From an uncultured virus (IMG/VR IMGVR_UViG_3300017998_000010) (lineage: Duplodnaviria; Heunggongvirae; Uroviricota; Caudoviricetes), in IMG/VR virus record IMGVR_UViG_3300017998_000010, positions 1 through 64,000 of that record: 64,000 nt of DNA, one strand, 5' to 3'. This document shows positions 63,322-64,000 of this stretch, one piece after another (position 1 is the stretch's first letter; each line of letters starts with the position of its first letter). The notes under the pieces are model-generated. The model was not told the origin of the DNA and did not search any database. It saw only the letters and a list, made by a program, of their open reading frames with translations. A program made the translations under genes and the position numbers.

Positions 63322-64000
63322 ATGATGTCCTCTGTTGTTCTTCCGACCCGTAATGCAGAGTGGTGTCTACCATATTCATTAAAGATGTTGTTAGAACAGG
63401 TAGTTCAACCAGATGAATATGTGGTTTGCATAGGTAAAAGTGAAGATAAAACAGAGGAATTAATATTAGACTTTCAGAAAAAATGTAGTGTGCCTGTTAG
63501 ACTGTGCTATGATAGAGAGGGCATAGGTACAGGTTATGCTATGAGTCTATCACTATCAAAAGCTAAGGGGGATATAATTCTCTGGGCAAGTTCAGATGGA
63601 ATCAAGTCAAAACATTGGGTAGAAAGAATGATGGGCTTTTTTGTCAGTAATGAAAATTTGTCTTATTTATGTAATTCGGGCACACCAGAGAATCCAAGTA
63701 AAATATCTGAGGTTGATCCAGAGAAAATTCCAGCTTCGACAGAACTGAAATACACAAATGGTGCTGATCCACTATCTGGAATAATTGCATTTAGGAGAAA
63801 GGATGCTATTGAAGTTGGTGGTTTTGATCCATTATTTACACGTGGTCAAGACTTTGATTTAGTTATACGTTTATCACAGGCAGGAAAAATAGGTGCTGAT
63901 TGTGGCTCGGAAGGATACCATTTTGGTATATATGGAATGAGAAATATAACCAAAGCCCTAAAAACAGGTACTTTTTTCAGGTTTTTTTATAAATATGGTT
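63322..64000 (+). CDS. GT2 glycosyltransferase, running off the window end
   Basis: SVVLPTRNAE, SEDKT, GGFDP...GQDFDLVIRL. Confidence 0.8.
   Translation, partial: MMSSVVLPTRNAEWCLPYSLKMLLEQVVQPDEYVVCIGKSEDKTEELILDFQKKCSVPVRLCYDREGIGTGYAMSLSLSKAKGDIILWASSDGIKSKHWVERMMGFFVSNENLSYLCNSGTPENPSKISEVDPEKIPASTELKYTNGADPLSGIIAFRRKDAIEVGGFDPLFTRGQDFDLVIRLSQAGKIGADCGSEGYHFGIYGMRNITKALKTGTFFRFFYKYG

Overview
AT-rich, densely coding, mostly + strand DNA with archaeal expression signals (BRE-TATA promoters, GGTGA/GGAGG Shine-Dalgarno sites). It reads as part of a large (>64 kb) archaeal virus or related extrachromosomal element. The virion is probably non-tailed and membrane-containing: no terminase, portal, HK97 capsid or tail gene is recognisable in the window. 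An eS30 homologue points to a TACK/Asgard-type host (inference). Layout: (1) 1-16.3 kb, a long run of short hypothetical, often Zn-finger, ORFs in cassettes each behind a near-identical promoter, plus an AEP-like protein and a SLOG protein; (2) 16.3-18.1 kb, two membrane-anchored G-X-T collagen-like proteins; (3) 19.6-23.7 kb, a ParB-N/radical SAM fusion, a possible methyltransferase-fold partner, a second ParB-like protein and an N4/N6 DNA methylase; (4) 24.6-27.7 kb, an operon of tiny, very basic proteins including a repeated ~55-aa domain and ribosomal protein eS30; (5) 28.7-33.6 kb on the - strand, phage Dam, a NUMOD3 nuclease, a tyrosine recombinase with an adjacent palindrome, a P-loop ATPase and an RHH protein; (6) 33.7-47 kb, putative morphogenesis genes including a 1160-aa protein and a 1420-aa membrane-anchored adhesin-like glycoprotein; (7) 48-64 kb, a surface-glycosylation island with GtrA, HddA, GmhA, transaldolase, a dual-specificity phosphatase, a HIT-like/GT2 fusion, an SDR epimerase, a B12 radical SAM, acetyl- and methyltransferases, a GT-C-like protein and a GT2. 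All calls come from reading motifs by eye; no searches were run.
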